Source: Antedon mediterranea (taxonomy: Eukaryota > Animalia > Echinodermata). Taken from it: a DNA stretch of 64,000 nucleotides. The translations under genes were made by a program, and so were the position numbers. This document shows positions 63,801 through 64,000 of the stretch, in pieces; position 1 is the first letter of the stretch, and each line of letters begins with the position of its first letter. The notes below the pieces were generated by a model. That model was given only the letters and a program-made list of their open reading frames with translations, was not told the origin of the DNA and did not search any database. The stretch covers positions 14,680,795 through 14,744,794 of the forward strand of contig NC_092670.1 in assembly GCF_964355755.1 (NCBI RefSeq), in the 5' to 3' direction.

Positions 63801-63979
63801 AGAACGTGACTTACCATAGCATACAGGGTTAGGATCTAAGTATTGTCCATTCTCGCAAACTGTATTTGTGACTCCAACTAACGAGTATCCGGGATTGCAT
63901 GTAAAGCGTATATTATCATTATGTTTATATTTTCCTTGTATGTTACCATTTACAAGTGCTTCTGGTTCTTTGCAATCAG
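42693..63979 (-). CDS. Giant mosaic Sushi/CCP-repeat protein: (CCP)>=37-CTLD-CTLD-EGF-LDLa; 5' part outside window
   Basis: 37 open phase-1 exons of 162-168 nt with low coordinates 63815, 63343, 62996, 62389, 62052, 61735, 61296, 60296, 60017, 58836, 57772, 57356, 56907, 56587, 55926, 55469, 55175, 54860, 54094, 53637, 53343, 53028, 52255, 51798, 51504, 51189, 50416, 49959, 49665, 49170, 48686, 47995, 47616, 46957, 46695, 46283, 45855; then exons 45626-45285, 44750-44346, 43643-43506 and 42820-42693 (TAA). Confidence 0.9.
43506..43643 (-). CDS. EGF-like domain exon
   Basis: [41 protein letters not shown]; AG/GT, phase 1-1. Confidence 0.88.
43695..43835. mobile_element. PIF/Harbinger-type MITE (same family as 38596-38738)
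   Basis: AGCTTTGTCTACACTATCAAA...TTTGATAGTGTAGAGAGAGAT. Confidence 0.65.
44346..44750 (-). CDS. C-type lectin-like domain exon 2
   Basis: YNGHCYQV...[19 protein letters not shown]...FWIGLSR...C...FPYICQK. Confidence 0.9.
45285..45626 (-). CDS. C-type lectin-like domain exon 1
   Basis: [15 protein letters not shown]...[15 protein letters not shown]...FYIGIK...[10 protein letters not shown]. Confidence 0.88.
48680..57075. repeat. Intragenic tandem array of a ~1839-bp four-exon cassette, ~4.5 copies
   Basis: Homologous ORF starts at 50258, 52097, 53936 and 55768 (spacing 1839, 1839, 1832); introns nearly identical. Confidence 0.97.
49456..49630. mobile_element. 175-bp MITE with 14-bp TIRs and 5-bp TSD
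   Basis: AGTTT-CAGGGAAAAATTTC...GAAATTATTCCCTG-AGTTT; empty site ATATGCAGTTTGTAC in three other cassette copies. Confidence 0.88.
59073..59462. mobile_element. MITE with TAGACCATTTT termini
   Basis: TA-TAGACCATTTT...AAAATGGTCTA-TA. Confidence 0.55.
60600..61274. mobile_element. Helentron-associated/DINE-1-like element
   Basis: ACTAG start, ACCTCCGCC subterminal repeat matching terminal ACCTCCTTGGCGGAGATA, and an (ACAA/ACAG)n microsatellite near the end. Confidence 0.7.
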
Positions 63980-64000
63980 CTAAACAAAAATAAAATTAAC

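Noticed and set aside
19836-63979. One continuous minus-strand gene spanning UQCC1
   Set aside because: The giant gene has a clean stop at 42693 with downstream AATAAA, and the left-hand genes have their own ATG/signal-peptide exons.

Overview
AT-rich, intron-containing eukaryotic DNA from an invertebrate. An echinoderm-like marine animal is a guess from the repeat content, not something the sequence proves. (1) 1-8.2 kb: nested transposon stack. A Kolobok-like end sits inside a decayed BEL/Pao element, and that element and a young full-length Ty3/Gypsy element (127-bp LTRs) both sit in a MITE. (2) 8.2-24.3 kb, minus strand: two duplicated small genes, each a signal-peptide exon plus single-domain Sushi/CCP exons. 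(3) ~28.5-40.2 kb, plus strand: an apparently intact UQCC1 (Cbp3) gene. Its long intron holds tandem Helentron-like/tRNA-Val units, and its 5' end is bracketed by an inverted duplication. (4) 42.7-64 kb, minus strand: 3' part of a giant mosaic gene with at least 37 symmetric phase-1 Sushi exons (including a near-identical 1839-bp four-exon cassette repeated ~4.5 times), then CTLD-CTLD-EGF-LDLa and a stop, with no transmembrane segment. The best candidate for a novel system is this modular Sushi-exon cluster of long and short forms that share exons, which resembles the vertebrate RCA locus in organisation. All coordinates and splice models were read by eye and lack transcript or database support.
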